64,000 nt of DNA from the IMG/VR virus record IMGVR_UViG_3300022539_000516; one strand, written 5' to 3'. Below, piece by piece: positions 21,660 through 32,067 of this stretch (position 1 is the stretch's first letter; every line of letters starts with the position of its first letter). Below the pieces are notes generated by a model that was given only the letters and a program-made list of their open reading frames with translations, searched no databases and had not been told where the DNA came from. This stretch comes from a virus. The position numbers and the translations under genes are program-made.

Positions 21660-22310
21660 GTGAACTACCCAGAAGATTTCATTAACAAAATAATATGTGG
21701 AGATTCAAGGGTAGTTTTAAAAGATATTCCAGACAATGTTATAGATGGAGTAGTTACAGACCCACCTTATGGTTTTGGTAGATTTGAAGGAGATGAAAAA
21801 GAAACATTTATAGAATTAATTAGAGAAGTATTTGTAGATGTAAAAAGAGTATTAAAAAATGGTTCATGGGCGTTTGTCTTTTCTGGAACAGGACAAACTA
21901 AAGAACTGTTAAACGCAATAGACTTAGATTTTCGAAGATTATTGTGGATGTACAAACCTCAAGACGAATCGTATCCTTGGCGTGGTTGGATTTTAAGTTC
22001 AGAATGTATAGCATTATTTTCGAAAGGAAAACCAAAACCTCTTGTAGAAAGACGACCTTACAAACATGATTGTTATGTTTTTACAAAAGTTGGACAAGAA
22101 GGCGTTGAAGGACATCCAACAGTAAAACCTTTAGTTATAGTAGGAGATTTATGTAGAAGAATAGATGGAATTATTCTTGACCCGTTTGCAGGTTCAGGAA
22201 CAACAGCATTGGGTTGCAAGAGATTAAAAAAAGATTTCATAGCAATAGACATAAAACCTGAGTATTGTAAAATAATTGAAGAAAGATTATTACAAGAAAT
22301 ATTATTATAA
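21660..22310 (+). CDS. DNA methyltransferase, beta class N4/N6
   Basis: TDPPY, HPTVKP, DPFAGSGTT; GTG start. Confidence 0.93.
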   Translation: MNYPEDFINKIICGDSRVVLKDIPDNVIDGVVTDPPYGFGRFEGDEKETFIELIREVFVDVKRVLKNGSWAFVFSGTGQTKELLNAIDLDFRRLLWMYKPQDESYPWRGWILSSECIALFSKGKPKPLVERRPYKHDCYVFTKVGQEGVEGHPTVKPLVIVGDLCRRIDGIILDPFAGSGTTALGCKRLKKDFIAIDIKPEYCKIIEERLLQEILL

Positions 22311-22576
22311 AAAGGAGGAAACATGGAAACCGCAGAAGAAAAAAATACCGAGGAATTGGTTGTAGATTTAGAAGAACTATCTGGGAGATTAAAATTCAGT
22401 TTCGATAAAGACTCTGGAATAATGTATATTGTTAAATCACCTTATGCATTATCAAGCCATGTCTATAATTGGGGGGATAATATTCAAGTTATGGTAGAAA
22501 AGGATTCTAACAAGATTATCGGGTTGGTCTTTCTAAATTGTGAAGAATGTGAAGAAATTGAAAATGGAGTTATGAA

Positions 22577-22948
22577 GTGAAAGTATATAAAGTTGTTCAC
22601 AAAACTAAAGATGGTTACTTTAGTGCCGTAGTAAAATTTACTTATAGACTCTATTATAAAATAGGGAAAGAAACTATACCAATCATCGGTAAAATATTTA
22701 TATTCCCCAAACTTACCGATGCTATTACATGGTATAATAATTCACGGAGACTTGTAATATTAGAATGTGAAACAGATGATATAGAAGAAGCTGTCAAAAT
22801 GAGTGTATCAGCATTGACAGATAATATTAAAAACTTCTGGACTAATCCCAAATATTTTGTATTTAAATGTCCCGTAGTATACGGTACAGCTTTTGTATCG
22901 AAGTTAACTCCTATTAGAGAAGTAATTATTGACTTAAAAAAGGAATAA
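22577..22948 (+). CDS. YKVV paralog family member 4
   Basis: VYKVV, YKIGK, GKIFIF, ILECE, FW, YGT, LTP. Confidence 0.85.
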   Translation: MKVYKVVHKTKDGYFSAVVKFTYRLYYKIGKETIPIIGKIFIFPKLTDAITWYNNSRRLVILECETDDIEEAVKMSVSALTDNIKNFWTNPKYFVFKCPVVYGTAFVSKLTPIREVIIDLKKE

Positions 22949-23118
22949 TAGATTTTGTGGGAAACCATAATAATATATATCATTATGGGAACAATGGTGA
23001 TACTCTTTATAATCCTAGCTATATGTGGATTTATAAACGGATATAATGATGAAATGCCAGTATTTTCTGATAAATGGTGGAATTGTTTATTGAAAAATTT
23101 ACATCGCACGGACAGAAA

Positions 23119-23802
23119 TTGAACTATCCTGAAGATTTTTTAAACAAAATAATATGTGGCGACTCTTTAGAAATCTTGAAATTAATTCCGAAAGGAGTTA
23201 TCGATTTAGTTTTAACAGACCCACCTTATGGATTAGGAAAATCTAATTTAAAATGGGAAGGAAGGTCATATAAGAGAATATCAGAAGATTGGGATGAAAA
23301 AGCTATAGTTGAATGGCTGGAATTAGTCGATGCTCCATCTATTTTATCTTTTTGCGCTTGGGGTTCAATAGAAAAATTTTTAAATGAAGGAAATCGTTTA
23401 GGTTTAAAAAGAAATGCTGTTATTGTCTGGGATAAAGTAAACCCTGTACCTAATATAACAGCAAGAGGTTATCAATTCTCATATGAATTTGTAATTTGGT
23501 GGACAAGAGGAACAAACTGGACATGGAACACAGAAAAACAACAAATTGATATTTTAAGACTTACCTGGAGCGAAGAAAAAGGTCAAAGAGTTCATCCTGC
23601 TCAAAAACCTGTAAAATTGTTAGAAAATTTGATATTGCGACACAGCAATCCTGGTGATGTAGTTCTTGACCCATTTGTAGGTTCTGGTTCAACAGCAGTA
23701 GCCTGTAAAAACTTGGGAAGAAAATATATTGGTATAGATACAAGCAGAAAATATTGTGACATAGCACAACTTAGATTAGCACAGGAAGTTTTGCAATTTT
23801 AA
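23119..23802 (+). CDS. DNA methyltransferase, beta class N4/N6
   Basis: TDPPY, HPAQKP, DPFVGSGST; probable TTG start at 23119 (NYPEDF as in paralogs). Confidence 0.93.
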   Translation: MNYPEDFLNKIICGDSLEILKLIPKGVIDLVLTDPPYGLGKSNLKWEGRSYKRISEDWDEKAIVEWLELVDAPSILSFCAWGSIEKFLNEGNRLGLKRNAVIVWDKVNPVPNITARGYQFSYEFVIWWTRGTNWTWNTEKQQIDILRLTWSEEKGQRVHPAQKPVKLLENLILRHSNPGDVVLDPFVGSGSTAVACKNLGRKYIGIDTSRKYCDIAQLRLAQEVLQF

Positions 23803-23820
23803 AAACAAATAACTGAGGAA

Positions 23821-24276
23821 ATGATGCAAGTAATTGACCTATTTTGTGGTGCAGGAGGATTCAGTAAAGGATTTGAATTAGCAGGTTTTGAAAATGTATT
23901 AGGTTTGCAAACATATCTTCCAGAATATTTGCCGAGGTTTAAGTTAAAAGCATCAGATTTTGGATGCGAAACAGGTAGAAGAAGGCTTTTTATTGGAAAT
24001 ATACCAAAACCACGATTGCAATTAACTGATGTAAACCCTAATCCGAAAAGAGTTTTAATTGCAATTGATAATAGAAATAAAAATAAACCATTGCCTCCAG
24101 TCTTAGATTTGGATGAAATGAAATTTGAAGGAACGACTAAAGAAATGCGACAATTACAAGCAAATTGTGTTCCTCCATTAGTTGCAAAAGCGATAGCAAA
24201 AAGTATATTAGAAAATGAAGGTAGGTGTTACAAAATAACAGAACAGAGATTGGAACAGGAGACTTTGCCGTTATGA
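23821..24276 (+). pseudogene. internally deleted C5-cytosine methyltransferase
   Basis: motif I DLFCGAGG, motif VIII-like ASDFG..RRRLFI and motif X ANCVPP present; catalytic PC (IV) and ENV (VI) region absent; ORF still open. Confidence 0.7.
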
Positions 24277-24468
24277 TTATATTTGTTTTATTTACAATAA
24301 CTATGTTGATTGCAATACCACGTGTGGCAATATTAACTTACAAAGCATCGCAATCGCTGGATTTATTCGATATGGTTTACCTGCGAATAATAATTAGTAT
24401 TTTGCTTCTAATCTCTACAATTGTAGCCTATGAACAAGTTATATATTTTTTAAACTAATTGGAGTAAA

Positions 24469-25227
24469 TTGAAATACCCTGACGATTTTCTTAACAAAAT
24501 AATCTGTGGAGACTGTTTAAAGATTTTGCCGTTCATACCAGATAATACTATTGATTTAATAGTAACAAGTCCACCATATAATCTTGGAATAGACTACGGT
24601 ATCTATAAAGATGATTTAGAATGGGATAAATACTACAACTGGTGTAAACTATGGCTTGCAGAAATATTTAGAATTCTAAAAGAAGATGGAAGATTTTGTC
24701 TTAATCATTATTTGTCTATAGGGCAAACTGGTAATAGACAATCTCCTTTGATGAACTTAAATACTTTAGCTCTGGAAGTAGGATTAAAACATCATGCACT
24801 TGCAATATGGACAAATAGTGAAATTACAAAACTAACTGCATGGGGAAGCTGGTTAAGTGCTTCAGCACCTCATGTGAATTTGCCGTATGAGGGGATTTTA
24901 ATACTATACAAACACTTTTGGAAAAAACAATATGATGGAATTTCAACTATCGGCAGAAAAGAGTTTATGGAATCATGTTCGGGGATATGGGATATACAAC
25001 CATCGATACATCAACCTACTCCGAGCAATTTTCCTATCCAGTTAGCTGCAAGATGTATAAAAATGTTCAGTTTTGAGAAGGATATTGTGGGAGACCCCTT
25101 CGTAGGCTCAGGCACAACAGCAATAGCAAGTAAAAATCTAAGAAGAAAATATTTTGGTATCGAAATAAACCCTGACTATTGTAGAATTGCAAATCAGAGA
25201 TTAGCTCAGGAGATGTTATTTAAATAG
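24469..25227 (+). CDS. DNA methyltransferase, beta class N4/N6
   Basis: TSPPY, FP..LA.RCI, DPFVGSGTT; TTG start. Confidence 0.93.
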   Translation: MKYPDDFLNKIICGDCLKILPFIPDNTIDLIVTSPPYNLGIDYGIYKDDLEWDKYYNWCKLWLAEIFRILKEDGRFCLNHYLSIGQTGNRQSPLMNLNTLALEVGLKHHALAIWTNSEITKLTAWGSWLSASAPHVNLPYEGILILYKHFWKKQYDGISTIGRKEFMESCSGIWDIQPSIHQPTPSNFPIQLAARCIKMFSFEKDIVGDPFVGSGTTAIASKNLRRKYFGIEINPDYCRIANQRLAQEMLFK

Positions 25228-25243
25228 GAGGAAAAATAAACAT

Positions 25244-25513
25244 ATGAATGGAAAAGATGTAGAATTTATATGTAATTCGTTTGGTATGTCTCATAAAGAC
25301 CTTGCAAAATCTTTGAACATACCTCTATTTACAGTTACAAGATGGATAAATGAATCATGCGCCCCTACAGGAATACACATAGAGGTACTGAACGGCCTCC
25401 ATAATATATTATTAAAAGTTAAAGATAAACAAAAACTATATGAAATAGGAATTAAATTAAAACTGGGCATAGGAGCGGTTATATATCTAGGATTAAAAGA
25501 CCTTTATTTATAG
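25244..25513 (+). CDS. XRE-family HTH protein
   Basis: GMSHKDLAKSLNIPLFTVTRWIN. Confidence 0.75.
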   Translation: MNGKDVEFICNSFGMSHKDLAKSLNIPLFTVTRWINESCAPTGIHIEVLNGLHNILLKVKDKQKLYEIGIKLKLGIGAVIYLGLKDLYL

Positions 25514-25874
25514 ACAGGAGGATAAATGCAAAGATTTGATGCCAATATAGCAATTATAACTTATGACCGAAACCACACAGAAGAAGAAATGAAAAGACTA
25601 TTTAAAATATTCTTCTCATCTTTTCCTTACAAAACAACAATAGAAGTAAATGAAGTAGATTTAAAAATACCGAGAACATAAAAGGAGTATAATATGGAAA
25701 AGGTGATAATAAAATTAAAACCGATAACATTTACATGGTCTTGTCCAGAATGCAAGACAACACATGTAAAAAGAAGATACAGTTTACCATCAAACATAGC
25801 TCTCATACAATGTCCTGCATGCAAACAAAAGTTTGAAGCAGAATACATATTAGAAGAAGGAGCAATTTACTGAA

Positions 25875-26276
25875 ATGAAAGCACCTAAAATCTGGAATAT
25901 TAAGAAAAAAGTGATGCATAAACCAGAAGAGATAGCCAGTATTCATTTTAATCAAGGTAAAATATACGCAATAACGCTATGTTATGTTGGAATTCTACTT
26001 ATAAAAGATATGAAGGTTTTAAGACCTACAGAACGCAAAGATAAACATGGAAAAGAATTGTTTGAGGGTGATTTAGTTCAACTACAAAATTGTCCAGAAA
26101 CGCTTGGGGAAATACGATGGGCTACAATTACCAGTAAGTTCTGGATTGACTGGTCTATAGGTAAAAATATCTGGAGTAGTAAAGAATTATGGCCGGGAAT
26201 ATACCTCAGTGAAATGCTCAAAAAAGTTGGTAATAGTTATGAGAATCCAGAATTATTACAGGAGAAAAACAAATGA
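25875..26276 (+). CDS. YopX family protein
   Basis: KDKHGKELFEGDLV, VGNSYENPELL. Confidence 0.8.
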   Translation: MKAPKIWNIKKKVMHKPEEIASIHFNQGKIYAITLCYVGILLIKDMKVLRPTERKDKHGKELFEGDLVQLQNCPETLGEIRWATITSKFWIDWSIGKNIWSSKELWPGIYLSEMLKKVGNSYENPELLQEKNK

Positions 26277-26620
26277 AAGCACCTAAAATCTGGGATATTA
26301 AGAGAAAGATAATGCATGAACCAGAAGAGATATGCCGTCTTAGTTTTGACAAATGTGAATTATACGCAGTTTTATTTTGGGACGACAGAATCTTGTTTAA
26401 AAAAGACATGGAGGTTTTAAGACCCACGGAATGTAAAGATAAGTATGGAAAAGAAATGTTTGAAGGTCACATAATTACTGATGGAGTTACAACAGACAGT
26501 ATTGAATACAATGATAAAATGGGAGTATTTTTCTGGAGCGGAGGAGAAGATTGGGGCGAGATAGACTCTGCTTACGTATGGATAGTTGGTGATAAATATA
26601 GAGGAATATATGAAAAATGA
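26273..26620 (+). CDS. YopX family protein
   Basis: KDKYGKEMFEGHII; paralog of the preceding ORF. Confidence 0.75.
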   Translation: MKAPKIWDIKRKIMHEPEEICRLSFDKCELYAVLFWDDRILFKKDMEVLRPTECKDKYGKEMFEGHIITDGVTTDSIEYNDKMGVFFWSGGEDWGEIDSAYVWIVGDKYRGIYEK

Positions 26621-26621
26621 T

Positions 26622-26708
26622 GGAGAGATGGCCGAGTCTGGATTAAGGCAACTGACTGCTAATCAGTATGGAGGATACTCCACCCAGGTTCAAATCCTGG
26701 TCTCTCCG
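26622..26708 (+). tRNA. tRNA-Ser(GCT)
   Basis: acceptor GGAGAGA/TCTCTCC, anticodon arm ACTGA-CTGCTAA-TCAGT, long variable arm, T-arm CCAGG-TTCAAAT-CCTGG; CCA not encoded. Confidence 0.95.
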
Positions 26709-27679
26709 TTAAAACATAGGATTGTATTATGAATCTAAAGAAAGCAAGAAAAATAAGAACAACTGCTCGTCTTTCAAAAGAATTGGAGAAAATTAGAAAA
26801 CATATAAGTTCAATACTGGACTATTCTCCCTATAATTTATGTCTTGGTGGAGAAGATGCTAATGAACTAGAAGGAATTATGTGGAAAATAGAAATAATCC
26901 TTGCAAATACAATGAGGAAACAATTACAATGACAGAAAGTTACATTAAAAAAATAGAAAAAGCAGAAGAATTAAATAGAATATTTCTTGCATCTGGACAA
27001 TATGGATGGTGTGTTGAACACCAGACAGAACTTGAAGTAGACGAAGATGGAATGTGTTGTCCGGTAGCATGGGCAAAATTTACTGACGAAGGTGATGATG
27101 TGCAATGCGAAAATGCTTGGATAGAACTCTTACCTTCCAATTTTCTTTTAGAAATGATACCAGTTAGTCCGGGGTATGAAATCAGAATACGAAAAACAAA
27201 TGTAAAAGGTGAATATATGTGGAAGGTTGAACTATTAAAAATAGAAAAAGTTCAAGCTTCTTTGCCAAATAAAGACCATACTCCATATATGGGAATCCAG
27301 GAATCTTTAATAGATGAAACTGATTCATTCGATTCTCCAGAAGAAGCTCTTATTGTAATGTTGTATTTCGTAAAATACGGAAAAGATTGGGACAAAAAGA
27401 AATTAGATTGGATAAAAATAAATGCTTGAAAGAAAAAACAAGATAGGCTTCAAAGCAAAATTCTGGGATTTTTCATTCTCCCATATACTTTTAGTTTGTA
27501 GAATTCTTATGCACATAAATCCTTATCAAGCTACTGAATACTGGTGGCACCAAAACATATGTGATTGGTTCTGTGCAAAATATTACGGAGTTCCTGTAAC
27601 AAATTTTACCACATGGAAGAAACGACCTCATTTCTGGACTTGTTTAATTGATATTTTGTGGGAAGAAAAAATCTAATAA

Positions 27680-28381
27680 ATGTCCCTAGAAAGCTATACT
27701 GAAGAACTTTTTTATAAAAATATAAATATCTCACATAGAGAATTAATAGAATCTCTGAGTAAATTTTTTGAATTATGTGATAGATTGGTATATACAGAAA
27801 TTGGATTAATATGGGGTGTAGCCGATGTGTTTACAATCAATAAAAGCTGGAGAGTTCCACTTCCATCTATATATGAAATTAAAGTAAGTAGAGGAGACTA
27901 TTTCCAAGATGTTAAGAAAGAAAAGTATAAAAAATATTTAGATTACTGCTCAAGATTTTATTTTGCCTGTCCAAAAGGAATGATAAAAAGAAAAGAAGTT
28001 CCAAAAGAAGCTGGATTAGTAGTCTTAGGAAAAAATGGATGGTATGTAGTAAAGGGTTCTCCAAACAGAGATTGGAAATATGATACAAATACATTATTTG
28101 CTTGCCTGATGCATGGATATGAAAATCATATTATAGAAAGTAGAATTAAAAATATAGAGAACGCAAAACAAAATATTCGCTATCTACAGTATATGCCCAA
28201 TATGAGAAAACTCGTAGCCAAAAAACTTGAATTGGTAGATGAAGCAGAAAATGATATAACTTCAATACACCGTATTTTATGTGAATTATTGAACTTAGAC
28301 CCGAAAAAAACAGATAGAGAAATATTTAGTCTTGCATACGATGTTCAAGAAAAAATAAGGGAATTAGAAAAAATGAGTTAA
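27680..28381 (+). CDS. MmcB-like PD-(D/E)xK nuclease
   Basis: ADVFTI..YEIKVSRGDYFQD..YCSRFYFACP. Confidence 0.75.
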   Translation: MSLESYTEELFYKNINISHRELIESLSKFFELCDRLVYTEIGLIWGVADVFTINKSWRVPLPSIYEIKVSRGDYFQDVKKEKYKKYLDYCSRFYFACPKGMIKRKEVPKEAGLVVLGKNGWYVVKGSPNRDWKYDTNTLFACLMHGYENHIIESRIKNIENAKQNIRYLQYMPNMRKLVAKKLELVDEAENDITSIHRILCELLNLDPKKTDREIFSLAYDVQEKIRELEKMS

Positions 28382-28395
28382 ACAAAGGAGGAAAA

Positions 28396-28623
28396 ATGAG
28401 CGTTGATTTAGCTAAAAAATATGGTATAGAAGAAAGAATAATAAAATCCAGAGGTTCTCTCTTTAAAATAAAAAATGCTCCTATTTGGAAAGGACACACT
28501 GGAGAAGTTTTAGAAATATGGGAAAATGCCGGTGGAATTCCATTCGTAACAGGACTAATGGATAATGGTTCTGTCGGCGAATGGCGTTTATCTTCTTTGG
28601 AATTTCTAAAAAGAAAAAAATAA
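28396..28623 (+). CDS. small SH3-like beta-barrel protein
   Basis: WKGHTGEVLEIW...VTGLMDNGSVGEWRLSSLEFL pattern. Confidence 0.4.
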   Translation: MSVDLAKKYGIEERIIKSRGSLFKIKNAPIWKGHTGEVLEIWENAGGIPFVTGLMDNGSVGEWRLSSLEFLKRKK

Positions 28624-29387
28624 CATGAATGATAGAAGTGGTTGTTGTGGTTGTTCAATAATAATCGGTATAGTTATAATAGTTATTTTACTTGTTAAAA
28701 TTTTAGACAAACTGTAGTAAAGGAGTAAAAAATATGAATATCTTTAAAAGATTTTTAAGAAGAAGAAAATTTACAAAGAAAGAATATTCGACTAAATGTG
28801 AGTATATAGAATGTTGTCCATGCAACCCCAATAAAAGTAGTTATAACCATTGTAAAAATTGCGTTTATTATAAATGGATAGATAGTGGATACGGTACTTG
28901 TATAGCTCTGCCAAAAATAGAAGTAGTTCCATGGTGTAAAATAAGTTGTAGTTTATATAAAAGGAAATGATGACTAAAAAGAGATACAAAAGAAACAAGC
29001 CGAGCATAAGATAATAAGAAACAAAAAAATACTAGAAATTCTAAAAAAGCATGGCCCATATCAAGGATTAACAGACATTTATAACGAAAAACCAGATATG
29101 TTCTTTGAAATATTCGATGCCGGATACCAGAAATGCTTTGATGATTACTCAGGATTAATAATCAGTCATGGTGGAGTGTATATAGAAGAAGGTAGATTAA
29201 AATGTGAAATATGTGCCTCTGCTACATGGGTTGAAACAAGTGATATTCCAGATGCAGTAGCTAAAGTCCAGTACGAAACAGACGGACAATGGTTTGGAAT
29301 GTGCAAAAAACATCTAGAACAAATAAAATATAGAAGACCACTTACAGTAGAATATATAGAAGAAGAGAAAAAACCGTAGGAATATAT

Positions 29388-30149
29388 ATGACTTCTGAAT
29401 TTCAGCAAATTCTTGGAGAAAAAGCCGAATCTGTAATTCTTGCCGGTTACATAGGAAGTATAGCACATGGAACAATTATCCCCGGTGGTACAGATGACAA
29501 AGATGTAGTATCTGTTTCTATTGGTTCAGTCAATAATTACTTTGGTCTATCAAATTTTGAGGGATTCAGAATTCAAAAGGACGAATGGGATATATGCGGT
29601 TACGAATTAAGGAAATTTTTTCGATTGCTTTTAAAACAGAATCCAAATGTACTCGGTCTTCTTTGGCTCAGACGGGAACATTATATACATTTAACTGAAA
29701 TTGGACAATCCATTATTGATAGCAGAGATTTGTTTTCCTCGAAACAGGCATATAAATCGTTTACAGGATACGCCTACGGTCAGTTACATCGCATGACTGC
29801 TTTTAAAAAATATGAAGGATATATGGGGCAAAAGCGAAAAGCAGTTGTAGATAAATTTGGATTCGATGTAAAAAATGCAAGTCATTTGATACGTTTACTA
29901 AAAATGGGAATAGAATTCATGTCTACTGGAGAGTTAAATGTAATGAGACATGATAATAATATGCTTATAGATATAAAACGTGGAAAGTGGTCACTAGAAA
30001 AAATTAAAGCAGAAGCTCAACGATTGTTCGCATTAGCAGACGAAGCACTTGTCAACTCACATTTACCCAATAAACCAGATAGCAAAGGTGCAGAAAAACT
30101 ATTAATTGGAATATTAGACAAGCATTTTTCAAACAAAGGAGGTGAATAA
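29388..30149 (+). CDS. Pol-beta superfamily nucleotidyltransferase (RlaP/YcgL-like)
   Basis: GSIAHG...DDKD, YELRKFFRLLLKQNPN, YDxK-like FDVKNASHLIRLL. Confidence 0.85.
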   Translation: MTSEFQQILGEKAESVILAGYIGSIAHGTIIPGGTDDKDVVSVSIGSVNNYFGLSNFEGFRIQKDEWDICGYELRKFFRLLLKQNPNVLGLLWLRREHYIHLTEIGQSIIDSRDLFSSKQAYKSFTGYAYGQLHRMTAFKKYEGYMGQKRKAVVDKFGFDVKNASHLIRLLKMGIEFMSTGELNVMRHDNNMLIDIKRGKWSLEKIKAEAQRLFALADEALVNSHLPNKPDSKGAEKLLIGILDKHFSNKGGE

Positions 30150-31319
30150 AAATGATTGAGAAACAAGGAGCTTTATTGCAAAGTCAGAGTCAAAAAAGAT
30201 TCAAGGAAATTCTTGAAGAACATGGTGCGGATTCAATGCCATACCCGTGTCCTATTTGTAAAGGTACAACTCTAGTGCCGAAAGGTTTTTATGATAGAGT
30301 AATTAAAGCAGGAGAAGTTTATCTATCGAAAGTAGAATTCAAAGGTGAAGATACTGAGAAATGCATAGCTTGCAAAAATGGCGTAGTATGGTCTCCTGTT
30401 GATGTAGAGGTACGGTTAAATCTCAAGGTAGCCTATATAACAAAAAAGCATGCACAAAAGGTAGTTAAGAAAACAACAAGAAAAAAGACTAAACATAAGA
30501 AGGTAAAGTAAATCAAAAAAAGGAAAAAATTGATGGCAGAAAAACATCGTGACCCTTACAGACCTGGATATGGACCACTTGGTATTCAATCACCAAAAAT
30601 AATAACAAATATGCAGAAAAATACACCGTTTAAAAAAATGACCATAAAAGAAAAAGAAGCAATCTGTAAAGTTTTGAACATACTTGTATGGAAACTACCA
30701 GTAACAGAAGATATGCGTTATAGTATTAATCTTCAACACTTTATTATCGCAGAACTTTCTGATAAAGATATTATTGTCTATTGGGATTTAGATAAAGAAA
30801 AATTTATACCGTAGGAGAAAAATTATGGATTCTGATAAGGCATTACTGCTCGATATTCTAGATGATTTTATGGGATATTTTAAATATATTCGTATTTATT
30901 GTTCCTATGAATTTTTATCAAAAGAAGAAATAGACCGAAAGGAGAAACAACTGAAAACTTTGCGAGATAAATGGGAAGATATGTATTGAAAATCAAGATA
31001 TTTCTTGCATGGTATGATATGTGGATAGGATTTTACTGGAATAACAAAACAAAAACCTTATATATATGTTTACTTCCATGTTGTGTTATTCAAGTATCAT
31101 TTAGAAAAAAGGAGGAATAAATGAAATGTCCTAAATGTGACCAAGAAATAAATGTTGTATCTGTACATAAAATAGTTGATGGTACAATACAGATTGAAAA
31201 GAATACAGGAATTCTCGATACTTTCATACCATCAACTTTACCTCACTATAGTCTATTTTGTATAAATTGCAAACATGAAATAGGAGATATAATTAAACTA
31301 ATATCATAAGGAGGAAAAA

Positions 31320-31775
31320 ATGCCAACTACTATCGTCTATAAAGTAGTAAAAGAAGTAAATGGTAAATATTACAGTTGCGTAATTACAAACCCTAGATTA
31401 AAAATTAGATACGAATTGGGTAAAGAAATATTTCCAAAAATAGGAAAGATAATCGCCTTCAAAAATCTCGGTTCTGCATTACATTTTGCAGAACTTCGAA
31501 CTCGAATATTGTATCAAACTGGATATATTAAACTAAAAATATTAAAATGTAAAGCAGAAAATATAAAAACAATTGACATACTTTACCATACTGTAGATAC
31601 TTTGACCAAAAAAGATGCTATCAATTTCTGGAATAAATTTTTTACTATTTCAGTGAAAGCTAGAAGATTATATAATGTAGTTGCAAGTAAAATGAATGGT
31701 GAAGAAAATATAATGCTAATACCAGATAATTCAGTATATGTTGATAGTCTTGTACCTATTGAAATTGTAGAATAG
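31320..31775 (+). CDS. YKVV paralog family member 5
   Basis: VYKVV, YELGK..PKIGKIIAF, ILKCKA, FW, SLVP. Confidence 0.85.
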   Translation: MPTTIVYKVVKEVNGKYYSCVITNPRLKIRYELGKEIFPKIGKIIAFKNLGSALHFAELRTRILYQTGYIKLKILKCKAENIKTIDILYHTVDTLTKKDAINFWNKFFTISVKARRLYNVVASKMNGEENIMLIPDNSVYVDSLVPIEIVE

Positions 31776-32067
31776 TTTTGAATGAAAGGAGGTGAAAATT
31801 GTGGACAAAGGACAAGCTATAACAGAATGGGAAAATATTAAGTCTCTTGCTAAAGACATAGATGAAAGACTCCGCTCTAAAGTAGGCTATCAAAACGCAT
31901 TCTATAGAGGAATTACTAGCAACATGAAACTGATGGAAGGATATATTAAGGCAATACGAGAAGCTATATTAGAAGAATTTAGAAAAAGCTAATTCAAATA
32001 TTTCGACAGTCTTATACCTATTGAAATTGTAGAATAGTTTTGAACGAAAGGAGGCAAAAATTGTGGA
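31743..32067 (+). repeat. 63-bp imperfect direct repeat (31743-31805 and 32005-32067) flanking a 66-aa ORF
   Basis: GAyAGTCTTrTACCTATTGAAATTGTAGAATAGTTTTGAAyGAAAGGAGGyrAAAATTGTGGA in both copies. Confidence 0.9.
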
